64,000 bases of DNA from assembly GCA_964016885.1 (NCBI GenBank), contig OZ024753.1:1240001-1304000 (forward strand), written 5' to 3'. Under the pieces are notes generated by a model. That model did not search any database and was not told the DNA's origin. It worked only from the letters and a program-made list of their open reading frames with translations. Below, one piece after another: positions 38,459-53,200 of the stretch. This DNA is from Eledone cirrhosa. Taxonomy: Eukaryota. The stretch's first letter is position 1; each line of letters opens with the position of its first letter. A program made the position numbers and the translations under genes.

Positions 38459-39427
38459 TTAATCTATCTATCTATCTATCCATAAGTTGGCATAGTTGTT
38501 AGAACATTAGTATCTAGAGTACTAATCAAGTGCTTGAATAAATTATTCTTTTTCTGTATCTCTTTATCATCCTCTCAAAAAAAAGTGATTATGCTGACCT
38601 ATGAAAAACTCCTGGAATGTGCTTGATGTCTCATAATGGACAAATTGAATCCCTAAAGAGCTTGGATCAACATACAAAATAAAATGCTAATAGTTAATAA
38701 ACCCTATGAATTGTTGAAGCACTGGTGTTTAAAGTTTGAAAATGTGTAATAACAGTCAATGACTATAAATAATAGTTGAAGATAAATTATACTTAGGAGT
38801 GGACTAAGGTGCCTTAGTTTTGTCTCTTTACCCAATTTTCTCAACTATTATTTATCGTGATCAAGTATTATTATTACAGTAATTTGGTGGTGGATTGGCA
38901 GTATCGGTAGAGGGTCGGACGCCATGCTTTGCAGCACAGAGTTACGTCTCTTTGCGGACTGAGTTCAAATCCCTCCAAGGTTAACTTTGCCTTTCATCCT
39001 TACGGAATCAATGAAATAAAGTACCAGTAATGTACTGGGATAATTGCTGGCCTTGTGCCTAAAGTAGAAACAATTTTTACAGTTATTTTCTACATTTGGG
39101 ACTTTCATGCTTTTAAATATTAATAATTAATATAAAGTGGTGAAATGGTAAAAGTGTTAGAATGTGAAATAAAATTTCTTCTGGCTTGTGTTTATGTTCT
39201 TTGCTTTAAAAAGTTCAAATCACTCCAAAGACAACTTGACTTTCCATCATCCTGGGTGAGGTGAGGCAGGGCTTGATAAATGACAAGTCTATGGCTGTGA
39301 ACTGATAAAAACAGAGTATCAGATAAATTGATTTGAAGGCAGTGTCATATACAATATATATATATATATATAGCATAAAAATGTACGTTAAATGATGACG
39401 ATGATGATGATTATATATATGTGTCTG

Positions 39428-39800
39428 TCATCATCATCATCATCATCTCATTTTACGTCCACTTTTCCCTGCTTGCAAGGGTGGGACGGGAACTGATTCT
39501 GGCTTGATTTCTACAGCTGGATGCCCTTCCTAACACCAACCTCATTTACAGTGAGTGCTGGGTGCTTTTTTGCCGTGGCACCTCCACGACCACTTTGCAG
39601 TGGAATGATAGGGACCCCAATCCCTATCATCTCATTTCTACAGCTGAGTAAACTGGAGCAATGTGAAATAAAGTGCCTTGCTCAAGGAAACAACACATCA
39701 CCCGGTCTGAGAATTGAACTCACAACCTTTTGATTGCAAGGCCAATGCTCTAACCACTAAACCATGTGCCTCCATACATGTGTGTATATATATACATACA

Positions 39801-39843
<43 letters not shown>

Positions 39844-40160
39844 GTTAGAGCATTGGCCTTGCAATCGAAAGGTTGTGAGTTCAATTCTCAGACCGGGTGA
39901 TGTGTTGTTTCCTTGAGCAAGACACTTTATTTCACATTGCTCCAGTTTACTCAGCTGTAGAAATGAGATGATAGGGACTGGGGGTCCCTATCATTCCACT
40001 GCAAAGTGGTCGTGGAGGTGCCACGGTAAAAAAGCACCCAGCACTCACTGTAAATGAGGTTGGTGTTAGGAAGGGCATCCAGCTGTAGAAATCAAGCCAG
40101 AATCAGTTCCCGTCCCACCCTTGCAAGCAGGGAAAAGCGGACGTAAAATGATGATGATGA
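39428..40160. mobile_element. Head-to-head inverted pair of SINE family 2 copies
   Basis: 39428-39775 (minus) and 39838-40160 (plus) are near-identical, separated by ~65 bp of (TA)-rich DNA. Confidence 0.9.
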
Positions 40161-40288
40161 GGAGGATATGTGTGTGTATACATATTTGTGTATATATATA
40201 TGTGTGTGTATACATATTTGTGTATATATATATATGTGTGTGTATACATATTTGTGTATATATATATGTGTGTGTATACATATTTGTG

Positions 40289-40321
<33 letters not shown>

Positions 40322-40399
40322 ACACGCACACATATGTATATAGTTATTTGTGTATTTGATGGCAGTGCTCCATGAATCCCTGTTAGTAGCCACTAGAGA

Positions 40400-40627
40400 A
40401 AGAGGGGGGGGGGGGGCTGGAGAGAGAGAGAGAGAAGGGGGTTGGAGAGAGAGAGAAGGGGGTTGGAGAGAGAGAGAGAGAAGGGGGTTGGAGAGAGAGA
40501 GAGAGAGAAGGGGGTTGGAGAGAGAGAGAGAAGGGGGTTGGAGAGAGAGAGAGAAGGGGGTTGGAGAGAGAGAGAAGGGGTTGGAGTTGGAGAGAGAGTG
40601 AGAAGGGGGTTGGAGAGAGAGAGAAGG

Positions 40628-40669
<42 letters not shown>

Positions 40670-40672
40670 GTG
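40400..40672. repeat. Purine-rich minisatellite (GA)n-AGGGGGTTG
   Basis: Direct reading. Confidence 0.9.
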
Positions 40673-41324
40673 GGAGCAATAGCTGTGAGTTTAAGGTACT
40701 CATGAACTATATGATCATGTGTCACCATTGCTATGACTACAATCAACTGGCATATTGTCCATGAGCAAGGTACATAACTCTGCTTGCTCTAATTTACCTG
40801 ACTGAACAACACAACAAAACAGGTTCCACTTCAACAAATAATAATAATGAAATTATTGTGTAAAGTGCTCAGGTGCACTACAACTCGTCAAAGGTGCATG
40901 TATAGTACATAGAATAATATACAAATGTCAGAAGCCAACCTACTCATGTAAGCATGAAAAAAAAGGGAGATGTAAGACAGCCAAAAATACAACACACATG
41001 CATGTGTGCTTGTGCATGAAGTGGCAGTGTTGGTGCCATGAGAAAACTAACCCAGTACTTACCATGAATTGCAGAAATCATGTTAAAATGTAAGATATGA
41101 GCCAAACACTTTCATCTGATCTGTCTAGGGTCAGAACACAACAACCAGTAGAAGCCATGCAAATGTGGAAAATAAATGTACAACGGTGTATGTATGTATG
41201 CAGGGCATCCCTAAAAAAAATTGTATACATACTTTGATTACCTGTACAGGCAATATTTATTAGAATGGTGTTGAAATGTGTCTACATTTTTGGGGACTCC
41301 CTGTATATATACATAATTTATATA

Positions 41325-41530
41325 TAAAACCAAGAAAGAGTGATAAGAAACCAGGTGGACTATAATGCACCAGAGTACTCGATACTTTGGGTAGTAGAGT
41401 GGGTAATAGGAAAAGAGTCAGGACTCAGACGGCTGAGCTTTTCCCATTACCCACTCTACTACCCAAAGTATCGAGTACTCTGCTACATTATATTCCACCT
41501 GGTTCCTTATCCCCCTTTCTTTGTTTTTAT
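41325..41530. mobile_element. Palindromic (TA)n-associated element, centre deleted
   Basis: Same arm sequence (gagtactcgatactttgggtagtagagtgggtaatagg) as the elements at 59583, 62188 and 62749. Confidence 0.75.
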
Positions 41531-43134
41531 ATATATAAAATAATTGTTTCTACTTTTGGCACAAGGCCAGCAATTACCCCCAGTACATTACTGGTGCTTT
41601 ATTTAATCGACCCTGTAAGGATGAAAGGCAAAGTTAACATCAGTCGGATTTGAACTCAGAACATAAAGGGTGATAACCCTATGCTGCAAAGCATGGTGTC
41701 TGATACTGCCAAACTACTGTCTTTTCACTATGTATGCTTGAATAAAACAAAAGGTTTTCTTATAGAAACTCTACTTTAAAGAATACAGGAGTCACACTAT
41801 ATTTGAGTTTTTACAAAATAATTATGGTTCTTTCTTTCTCTTCCTCTAATTGCTTTCACCATTAGTCTTTAAACAAGGTCAGCAGCTTCATTAAATCTAT
41901 GGCAGTATCGGTAGAGCGTCGGACAATATGCTTTGCAGCATAGTGTTACAGCTTTTTTACATTCAGAGTTCAAATTCCACAGAGGTTAGCTTTGCCTTTC
42001 ATCCCTACGGGGGTTGATAAAATAAAGCACCAGTGATACACTGGAGTCAATTCATTCGACTTCCCCTCCCCTTCAAAATTGCTGACCTTGTGCCTAAAGT
42101 AGAAACAATTATTATTAACCCATGTGATGTATATCTTTCTTCAATGTTAACACCATAAAGCTCTGTAGCTCTAATGCTTGTGGACAGTGTTATACATTGT
42201 ATACATGTCCAACCAAAGAGAACCCTTTTGATACCAACCCACCTAAAAACACCTCTGATTCTATGAAACAAAACCAACCATTACAAATGGTTCTTCCAAC
42301 ATAATTTTATTTAAGAACCATTTGTTACAAATACTATCTTAATAATGAAATAATTAATAATTTTAGTAAACACCTCTAAAAATCTTCATTAATTAATTAA
42401 AACTCAGTGTATTTCATTAAAATGATGGAATTGAAAGGATTAAACATTTTTTAATATAAAATACTATCAGCTGAGGAATCCTGCACTCTTGAAATTAGAT
42501 TATCAATATTTATTGCTTGAGGTTCAAATTATAAAACAAGTGAAAGTGTTGTACAAACTCAAATATAAAACAATAACTCCTCTTTTGGAAAGTAAAATTT
42601 GAAGAACAGAAAACCTTTTTTTCTTTATGTACAAACAAATATAGTTTTGTTTCTACCTTCTTTGCTTTTGAAATAAATTCATAAAATACAGGTGTAACTC
42701 AGATATATGGGCTGTTCAGGAAATGAGTGTGATCTTCTTTAATGCAACAAACAGACCAGAAGTTCAGCATAGTGACACGTAACATATCCATTGATGTTGA
42801 AAAAGGTTGTGCTCATCCAAAAGTAAACTTCAACTCACAGTTTTATAAAGCATTGAATGCTATATATTTATAATTGTTTTTACTTTTGGCACAAGGCCAG
42901 CAATTATATCCCAGTGTATTATTGGTACTTTATTTTAAGGATGAAAGGCAAAGAAAGTTAACCTCGGCAGGATTTGAACTCAGTCCGTAAAGGGACGTAA
43001 CTGTGCTGCAATATAATGAATGATAGATACCGTAATTGACACAGTTAGTTAACCAAATATAAGGTCTCAATGTTGAACTAACCAAGGTCATATTTATTTG
43101 ATCTTTGATTTCTAGAATGCCAAAATTCCTTGTT

Positions 43135-43375
43135 AGAGAATCGAGCTCCTCCGCAAGATGGGAGCGTCAGCGGCCCATCTGAGGAGGGAGCCGCGCGAGG
43201 TTGAGTGGCTGTCACTAGCCATCGTCCAGGGGAATACTTTTGCTGTCTTGTCCACGTGGCGCAGCACTCCTCCCCCCTTGCCCTAGCCCAAAGCAGGCTT
43301 TCGAAATGTTTATTTTTATAAACATACTGTATATCTTTAGATATGCAAAATTCACATATTTGTATACAGCCATGT
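43135..43375 (+). mobile_element. CRE-like retrotransposon extreme 3' fragment plus UTR
   Basis: IELLRKMGASAAHLRREPREVEWLSLAIVQGNTFAVLSTW..* (TAG 43284-43286), homologous to the fragments at 3000-3130 and 16600-16660. Confidence 0.65.
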
Positions 43376-43380
43376 CGAAG

Positions 43381-46300
43381 ATATATTCTTATCCAAGATA
43401 TATTCTTAACCAAGGTATATTCTTATCCAAGATATATTCTTATCCAAGATATATTCTTATCCAAGATATATTCTTATCCAAGATATATTCTTATCCAAGA
43501 TATATTCTTATCCAAGATATATTCTTATCCAAGGTATAATCTTATCCAAGGTATATTCTTATCCAAGATATATTCTTATCCAAGATATATTCTTATCCAA
43601 GATATATTCTTATCCAAGATATATTCTTATCCAAGATATAATCTTATCCAAGATATAATCTTATCCAAGGTATATTCTTATCCAAGGTATATTCTTATCC
43701 AAGGTATATTCTTATCCAAGGTATATTCTTATCCAAGATATATTCTTATCCAAGATATATTCTTATCCAAGGTATATTCTTATCCAAGATATATTCTTAT
43801 CCAAGATATAATCTTATCCAAGATATATTCTTATCCAAGGTATATTCTTATCCAAGGTATATTCTTATCCAAGGTATATTCTTATCCAAGGTATATTCTT
43901 ATCCAAGGTATATTCTTATCCAAGGTATATTCTTATCCAAGGTATATTCTTATCCAAGGTATATTCTTATCCAAGATATATTCTTATCCAAGATATAATC
44001 TTATCCAAGATATATTCTTATCCAAGATATATTCTTATCCAAGATATATTCTTATCCAAGATATATTCTTATCCAAGATATATTCTTATCCAAGATATAT
44101 TCTTATCCAAGGTATATTCTTATCCAAGGTATATTCTTATCCAAGGTATATTCTTATCCAAGGTATATTCTTATCCAAGATATATTCTTATCCAAGGTAT
44201 ATTCTTATCCAAGATATATTCTTATCCAAGATATATTCTTATCCAAGATATATTCTTATCCAAGATATATTCTTATCCAAGATATATTCTTATCCAAGGT
44301 ATATTCTTATCCAAGGTATATTCTTATCCAAGGTATATTCTTATCCAAGATATATTCTTATCCAAGATATATTCTTATCCAAGATATATTCTTATCCAAG
44401 ATATATTCTTATCCAAGATATATTCTTATCCAAGGTATATTCTTATCCAAGATATAATCTTATCCAAGGTATATTCTTATCCAAGATATATTCTTATCCA
44501 AGATATATTCTTATCCAAGGTATATTCTTATCCAAGGTATATTCTTAACCAAGATATATTCTTATCCAAGGTATATTCTTATCCAAGATATATTCTTATC
44601 CAAGATATATTCTTATCCAAGGTATATTCTTATCCAAGATATATTCTTAACCTAGGTATATTCTTATCCAAGATATATTCTTATCCAAGGTATATTCTTA
44701 TCCAAGATATATTCTTAACCAAGATATATTCTTATCCAAGGTATAATCTTATCCAAGATATATTCTTATCCAAGATATATTCTTATCCAAGATATATTCT
44801 TATCCAAGATATATTCTTATCCAAGATATATTCTTATCCAAGATATATTCTTATCCAAGATATATTCTTATCCAAGATATATTCTTATCCAAGGTATATT
44901 CTTATCCAAGGTATAATCTTATCCAAGGTATATTCTTATCCAAGATATATTCTTATCCAAGATATATTCTTATCCAAGATATATTCTTATCCAAGGTATA
45001 TTCTTATCCAAGATATATTCTTATCCAAGATATATTCTTATCCAAGATATATTCTTATCCAAGATATATTCTTATCCAAGGTATATTCTTATCCAAGATA
45101 TATTCTTATCCAAGATATAATCTTATCCAAGATATATTCTTATCCAAGATATATTCTTATCCAAGGTATATTCTTATCCAAGGTATATTCTTATCCAAGA
45201 TATATTCTTATCCAAGATATAATCTTATCCAAGATATATTCTTATCCAAGATATATTCTTATCCAAGGTATATTCTTATCCAAGATATATTCTTATCCAA
45301 GATATATTCTTATCCAAGGTATATTCTTATCCAAGATATATTCTTATCCAAGATATAATCTTATCCAAGATATATTCTTATCCAAGGTATATTCTTATCC
45401 AAGATATAATCTTATCCAAGGTATATTCTTAACCAAGGTATATTCTTATCCAAGATATATTCTTATCCAAGATATAATCTTATCCAAGATATATTCTTAT
45501 CCAAGGTATAATCTTATCCAAGATATATTCTTATCCAAGATATATTCTTATCCAAGATATATTCTTATCCAAGATATATTCTTATCCAAGATATATTCTT
45601 ATCCAAGATATATTCTTATCAAAGATATATTCTTATCCAAGGTATATTCTTATCCAAGATATATTCTTAACCAAGGTATATTCTTATCCAAGATATAATC
45701 TTATCCAAGATATATTCTTATCCAAGATATATTCTTATCCAAGATATATTCTTATCCAAGGTATAATCTTATCCAAGATATATTCTTATCCAAGATATAT
45801 TCTTATCCAAGATATATTCTTATCCAAGATATATTCTTATCCAAGGTATATTCTTATCCAAGATATATTCTTATCCAAGGTATATTCTTATCCAAGATAT
45901 ATTCTTATCCAAGATATATTCTTATCCAAGGTATAATCTTATCCAAGATATATTCTTATCCAAGATATAATCTTATCCAAGATATATTCTTATCCAAGGT
46001 ATATTCTTATCCAAGATATATTCTTATCCAAGATATAATCTTATCCAAGATATATTCTTATCCAAGATATATTCTTATCCAAGGTTTATTCTTATCCAAG
46101 GTATAATCTTATCCAAGATATATTCTTATCCAAGATATATTCTTATCCAAGATATAATCTTATCCAAGATATATTCTTATCCAAGATATATTCTTATCCA
46201 AGGTTTATTCTTATCCAAGGTATAATCTTATCCAAGGTATATTCTTATCCAAGATATATTCTTATCCAAGATATAATCTTATCCAAGATATATTCTTATC

Positions 46301-49300
46301 CAAGATATAATCTTATCCAAGGTATATTCTTATCCAAGATATAATCTTATCCAAGATATATTCTTATCCAAGATATATTCTTATCCAAGGTATAATCTTA
46401 TCCAAGATATATTCTTATCCAAGATATATTCTTATCCAAGATATATTCTTATCCAAGATATATTCTTATCCAAGGTATAATCTTATCCAAGGTATATTCT
46501 TATCCAAGATATAATCTTATCCAAGGTATATTCTTATCCAAGATATATTCTTATCCAAGGTATATTCTTATCCAAGGTATATTCTTATCCAAGGTATATT
46601 CTTATCCAAGATATATTCTTATCCAAGGTATATTCTTATCCAAGATATATTCTTATCCAAGGTATATTCTTATCCAAGATATATTCTTATCCAAGATATA
46701 TTCTTATCCAAGGTATATTCTTATCCAAGGTATAATCTTATCCAAGGTATATTCTTATCCAAGGTATATTCTTATCCAAGATATATTCTTATCCAAGGTA
46801 TATTCTTATCCAAGGTATATTCTTATCCAAGGTATATTCTTATCCAAGATATATTCTTATCCAAGGTATATTCTTATCCAAGATATATTCTTATCCAAGA
46901 TATATTCTTATCCAAGATATAATCTTATCCAAGGTATATTCTTATCCAAGATATATTCTTATCCAAGGTATATTCTTATCCAAGATATATTCTTATCCAA
47001 GATATATTCTTATCCAAGATATAATCTTATCCAAGATATATTCTTATCCAAGGTATATTCTTATCCAAGATATAATCTTATCCAAGATATAATCTTATCC
47101 AAGATATATTCTTATCCAAGGTATATTCTTATCCAAGATATAATCTTATCCAAGATATATTCTAATCCAAGGTATATTCTTATCCAAGATATAATCTTAT
47201 CCAAGATATATTCTTATCCAAGGTATAATCTTATCCAAGATATATTCTTATCCAAGATATATTCTTATCCAAGGTATAATCTTATCCAAGATATAATCTT
47301 ATCCAAGAGATATTCTTATCCAAGGTATATTCTTATCCAAGATATATTCTTATCCAAGGTATATTCTTATCCAAGGTATATTCTTATCGAAGATATATTC
47401 TTATCCGAGATATATTCTTATCCGAGATATATTCTTATCCAAGATATAATCTTATCCAAGATATATTCTTATCCAAGGTATATTCTTATCCAAGATATAT
47501 TCTTATCCAAGGTATAATCTTATCCAAGATATATTCTTATCCAAGATATATTCTTACCCAAGATATATTCTTATCCAAGATATAATCTTATCCAAGATAT
47601 ATTCTTATCCAAGATATAATCTTATCCAAGATATAATCTTATCCAAGGTATATTCTTATCCAAGATATATTCTTATCCAAGATATATTCTTATCCAAGGT
47701 ATAATCTTATCCAAGATATAATCTTATCCAAGAGATATTCTTATCCAAGGTATATTCTTATCCAAGATATATTCTTATCCAAGGTATATTCTTATCCAAG
47801 GTATATTCTTATCGAAGATATATTCTTATCCGAGATATATTCTTATCCGAGATATATTCTTATCCAAGATATAATCTTATCCAAGATATAATCTTATCCA
47901 AGATATATTCTTATCCAAAGTATATTCTTATCCAAGATATAATCTTATCCAAGATATAATCTTATCCAAGATATATTCTTATCCAAGGTATAATCTTATC
48001 CAAGATATATTCTTATCCAAGATATATTCTTATCCAAGATATATTCTTATCCAAGATATATTCTTATCCAAGATATATTCTTATCCAAGATATAATCTTA
48101 TCCAAGATATAATCTTATCCAAGGTATATTCTTATCCAAGGTATATTCTTATCCAAGGTATATTCTTATCCAAGATATATTCTTATCCAAGATATATTCT
48201 TATCCAAGATATATTTTTATCCAAGGTATATTCTTATCCAAGGTATATTCTTATCCAAGATATATTCTTATCCAAGATATATTCTTATCCAAGGTATATT
48301 CTTATCCAAGATATATTCTTATCCAAGGTATATTCTTATCCAAGGTATATTCTTATCCAAGGTATATTCTTATCCAAGATATATTCTTATCCAAGGTATA
48401 ATCTTATCCAAGATATAATCTTATCCAAGATATATTCTTATCCACGGTATATTCTTATCCAAGATATATTCTTATCCAAGATATATTCTTATCCAAGATA
48501 TATTCTTATTCAAGGTATATTCTTATCCAAGATATATTCTTATCCAAGGTATATTCTTATCCAAGGTATATTCTTATCCAAGATATATTCTTATCCAAGG
48601 TATATTCTTATCCAAGGTATATTCTTATCCAAGGTATATTCTTATCCAAGATATATTCTTATCCAAGGTATATTCTTATCCAAGATATATTCTTATCCAA
48701 GATATATTCTTATCCAAGATATAATCTTATCCAAGGTATATTCTTATCCAAGATATATTCTTATCCAAGGTATATTCTTATCCAAGATATATTCTTATCC
48801 AAGATATATTCTTATCCAAGATATAATCTTATCCAAGATATATTCTTATCCAAGGTATATTCTTATCCAAGATATAATCTTATCCAAGATATAATCTTAT
48901 CCAAGATATATTCTTATCCAAGGTATATTCTTATCCAAGATATAATCTTATCCAAGATATATTCTAATCCAAGGTATATTCTTATCCAAGATATAATCTT
49001 ATCCAAGATATATTCTTATCCAAGGTATAATCTTATCCAAGATATATTCTTATCCAAGATATATTCTTATCCAAGGTATAATCTTATCCAAGATATAATC
49101 TTATCCAAGAGATATTCTTATCCAAGGTATATTCTTATCCAAGATATATTCTTATCCAAGGTATATTCTTATCCAAGGTATATTCTTATCGAAGATATAT
49201 TCTTATCCGAGATATATTCTTATCCGAGATATATTCTTATCCAAGATATAATCTTATCCAAGATATATTCTTATCCAAGGTATATTCTTATCCAAGATAT

Positions 49301-50154
49301 ATTCTTATCCAAGGTATAATCTTATCCAAGATATATTCTTATCCAAGATATATTCTTACCCAAGATATATTCTTATCCAAGATATAATCTTATCCAAGAT
49401 ATATTCTTATCCAAGATATAATCTTATCCAAGATATAATCTTATCCAAGGTATATTCTTATCCAAGATATATTCTTATCCAAGATATATTCTTATCCAAG
49501 GTATAATCTTATCCAAGATATAATCTTATCCAAGAGATATTCTTATCCAAGGTATATTCTTATCCAAGATATATTCTTATCCAAGGTATATTCTTATCCA
49601 AGGTATATTCTTATCGAAGATATATTCTTATCCGAGATATATTCTTATCCGAGATATATTCTTATCCAAGATATAATCTTATCCAAGATATAATCTTATC
49701 CAAGATATATTCTTATCCAAGGTATATTCTTATCCAAGATATAATCTTATCCAAGATATAATCTTATCCAAGATATATTCTTATCCAAGGTATAATCTTA
49801 TCCAAGATATATTCTTATCCAAGATATATTCTTATCCAAGATATATTCTTATCCAAGATATAATCTTATCCAAGATATATTCTTATCCAAGATATAATCT
49901 TATCCAAGATATAATCTTATCCAAGGTATATTCTTATCCAAGGTATATTCTTATCCAAGGTATATTCTTATCCAAGATATATTCTTATCCAAGATATATT
50001 CTTATCCAAGATATATTTTTATCCAAGGTATATTCTTATCCAAGGTATATTCTTATCCAAGATATATTCTTATCCAAGATATATTCTTATCCAAGGTATA
50101 TTCTTATCCAAGATATATTCTTATCCAAGGTATAATCTTATCCAAGATATATTT
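43381..50154. repeat. 17-bp satellite RTATAWTCTTATCCAAG, 398 full units
   Basis: 43381-50146 = 6766 bp = 398 x 17; phase also holds at 47171 (223 x 17). Confidence 0.98.
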
Positions 50155-52199
50155 CAACTCCAGATGGATAAGTTGATATACCAATCTCTTATCCATTCAA
50201 CTATTTCGTTTCTATTCACAATGAGAATCCGCAGCAATTTTATGTCAACTTTTTCATGCCAGCATGGGTTGGGTGGGACTTTTTGAGACAATGTTTTACA
50301 CACAGATGCCATTTCTGACGCCAACTCTTTTAGTTGCTTCTTACAGCATGCAGGGATATGGTGTGGTTATTCTAAACTGGATATGAAATATTGAACTTAT
50401 TGACCTAACTAAACCTTTAAACTAAACACCTGACGAAACCATAAGCCAACACAAGCCTCAACATGGTTGCTGAATCTACTAGAAATAGCAACAAAATATT
50501 CCTCAAGTGTCATCCCACTATCTTAAAAAAGATGGACACATTTAATACTGTAGTCATAAATATACAAAACAATAGATTGGTCATGGAATGTCTTTGATCA
50601 AAGGTCTGCTCAGTAAAAGATGACCTGAAGCTAAACACCTGCAAAAATATAAGAAACTATTATCTCACAAACATACATGCACACCCACATACATACATGC
50701 ACACCCACACACAGAGTTTCTATTAGTTTTTGTTTTAGCAAACATGGTAATTACTTTCATATCCCAGCTCCTGTTCTATAACAGGATTTGATTAATTAGG
50801 TTCACCTCCTTCACATTGCTCTCAACAAAAGCTTGCTAACTATATATAAATTTCTGCAATTCTGTCACAACATGTAAAGAGAGAGGAGTAGTTTGACTAC
50901 CTCATACTACTCCTCTCTCTTTACGTCTTTCATGTAGGCAGCAGATGTAAAGAGAGAGGAGGAGTATGAGCTAGTTTATTATATTTCACATCTTCCATCA
51001 TATATGTCAAATATCTAATTAATTAGGTCTGGCTATATCTTACCAAAGCCTGCACCTATCAAAGAACATCATTATTTCCCTACCTTGTTAGATATATGAA
51101 GAAAAAAAACACATTCAATCTTTCCTTTGACAATCTCTCCCTTACCTTCAATCAGTTAGACCTGGCCTTGCTCTCCTCTTAACAATGCTATGAATGGAAT
51201 ATTGCTATTTTCTCAGCTGTTGTTCTGAAAAAAATCTTCAGATAATCACTTAAATAATCATATAATATAATCTCTAGAATTTGAAAAGACTAATGATGGT
51301 CTGTATTAATAAGAATGGATTAAACGTTATGTGTATATTGAAGTTATGTTAACATACAATGAGATGAAGAAGAAATATAGTGTTCTGGACAGTGACCTTC
51401 ATTAGCTAAATTTTGTTGGGCTGGGCTAGGCTAGGCTGGGCCCTCAACCAGAAACAAAGTTTTCTATGGACTTCTATTCTCACAGCTTCAGTTGTATGGA
51501 AAAAAATATTTATAATTTGTTGTACAATGGAACTTTAAATCTTTTAGACAGAGCTGTGTTTTCTGCAGTCCTGAAGGAATCTTAATATTTTCACAGCTTC
51601 AGTTGTCTGCCAAACATTTCTATAATCAGTTTAGTTGTGGCTGTGTTCTCTCATTAATATCATTGATGGATTATTATTACTTATTAATGGTGGATTGGCA
51701 GTATCGGTAGAGGGTCGGACGCCATGCTCTCCAGCATAGTTACGTCCCTTTACGATCTGAGTTCAAATCCCGCCGAGATTGACTTCGCCTCTCATCCTTA
51801 CGGGGTCGATAAAATAAAGTACCAGTAATGCACTGGGTAATTGCTGGCCTTGTGCCTAAAGTAGAAACAATTAATTAAGTTTGATAAAACATATAAAAGG
51901 TTAATACACAAAAATGTATAAAATCCATGACATTTTTTCATAATAAATTTTTGTTAAAAACAAATGACATGTTTTTGTGTTTTATTATTGTGGGGACAAT
52001 TTATTGCTGAGTTAAGGAAAAGGGTAATGACCATGGCACTATTGAGGGCCTTCAAAATTAGTGGGAGAGAAGAGGGAAGAGAGTCACAAACTAGAAACTT
52101 GGCTTGAATGTCTTCAAAATAAAGTACCAGTAATGCACTGGAGTAATTGCTAGCCTTGTGCCAAAAGTAGAAAAAATTATTCTTATTGTGAGGTATCAC

Positions 52200-52620
52200 A
52201 GTTGCTGAGCTTGACCAACAAAGTCTTTTAAAATGTCCTATTTTCTTGCACTTATAACAGACTGCTTCTCGCACAGGACAGCAACTACGCAGGTGTCTAT
52301 CATTTCCACAGAACCAACATTGAGATTATATTGTCTCCTTGATTACAAAAGAATATTCCTTTTCCAGCTTTGGGGACTCAACAGGCTTGGCTACAATGGA
52401 TGCAGTTGGACTAAAGTTTACCACTTCCACGTTCGAAAAGACACTAGAACTTTGTTGGGCCACATCTAGTGAACGTGCTTCATTGTATGCAGCATTGAGG
52501 CCTAACATGTTGTTTTGTAACAGTCTCTGTCTTATTTGATTGGAACTGAGTCCATTTATGAATACATCACAAATCATTTCAGATCGGTATTGTTCAGCCT
52601 CGACAGAAACAAAGTTACAT
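52200..52620 (-). mobile_element. Ty3/gypsy (Mag-like) gag remnant
   Basis: ICDVFINGLSSNQIRQRLL and tandem zinc knuckles CWFCGNDRHLRSCC / CYKCKKIGHFKRLC; frameshifted. Confidence 0.8.
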
Positions 52621-52663
52621 AGAGATGATATAATAGCATATTAAATATCAAATGATACATATA

Positions 52664-53200
52664 CAGGGTGGGGTAGAAGGGTTGCCCCGATTTCAAAGCT
52701 TAATAAAAAACAAACATGATCATAAGAGAAAAAAACTTTGTATTTATAATAAGTACATTACATACCATTAATTTTCTGTTTCAGGTAGTACCCCAGCATG
52801 GCCTGGAGGGGAGATCATCGTGCATTTGTTGTGGAAGAGTTTCTTAAGAACGGTGAGTCCGTCGTAACGACGCAGCGTTCCTTCTGAAGACACTGCGCTT
52901 CGTCGTCATGATTCCGTATTGGATGGAAAAACAATTCGTCTGTGGGTTTCTAACTTTATACAAAAAACATCAGCTTTAAAAAAGAAAAGTGTTGGCCGAC
53001 CTAGGACCGCTACAGGGCCAGAAAATGTAGCAGCTTCCATACAGCAGTCTCCCAGATGTGCCGCACAAAAACACACATCTGCCACTTAAACCACAATGGC
53101 ATGTAATGTACTTAATATAAATACAAAGTTTTTTCTCTTACGATCATGTGTTTGTTTTTTATTAACCTTTGAAATCGGGCAACCTTTCTGCCCCACCCTG
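52664..53200 (+). mobile_element. Internally deleted Tc1/mariner element with ~105 bp TIRs and transposase N-terminus
   Basis: CAGGGTGGGG...CCCCACCCTG termini; ATG at 52798 gives MAWRGDHRAFVVEEFLKNGESVVTTQRSF..TIRLWVSNF..GRPRT (HTH region of Tc1/mariner transposases). Confidence 0.85.

Noticed and set aside
39838-39900. tRNA gene
   Set aside because: The A/B boxes belong to SINE heads; there is no complete cloverleaf and the sequence continues into the SINE body
43140-43300. GC-rich hairpins suggesting a structured ncRNA gene
   Set aside because: Better explained as coding sequence of a CRE-like endonuclease C-terminus, homologous to two other fragments in the window
43343-44548. 401-aa ORF (YSYPRYILIQDIFLSK)n
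   Set aside because: It is the translation of the 17-bp satellite; three units give a 51-nt stop-free period by chance
43381-50154. DnaA-box or iteron array (TTATCCA)
   Set aside because: TTATCCAAG does not match TTATCCACA, and the flanks are eukaryotic repeats
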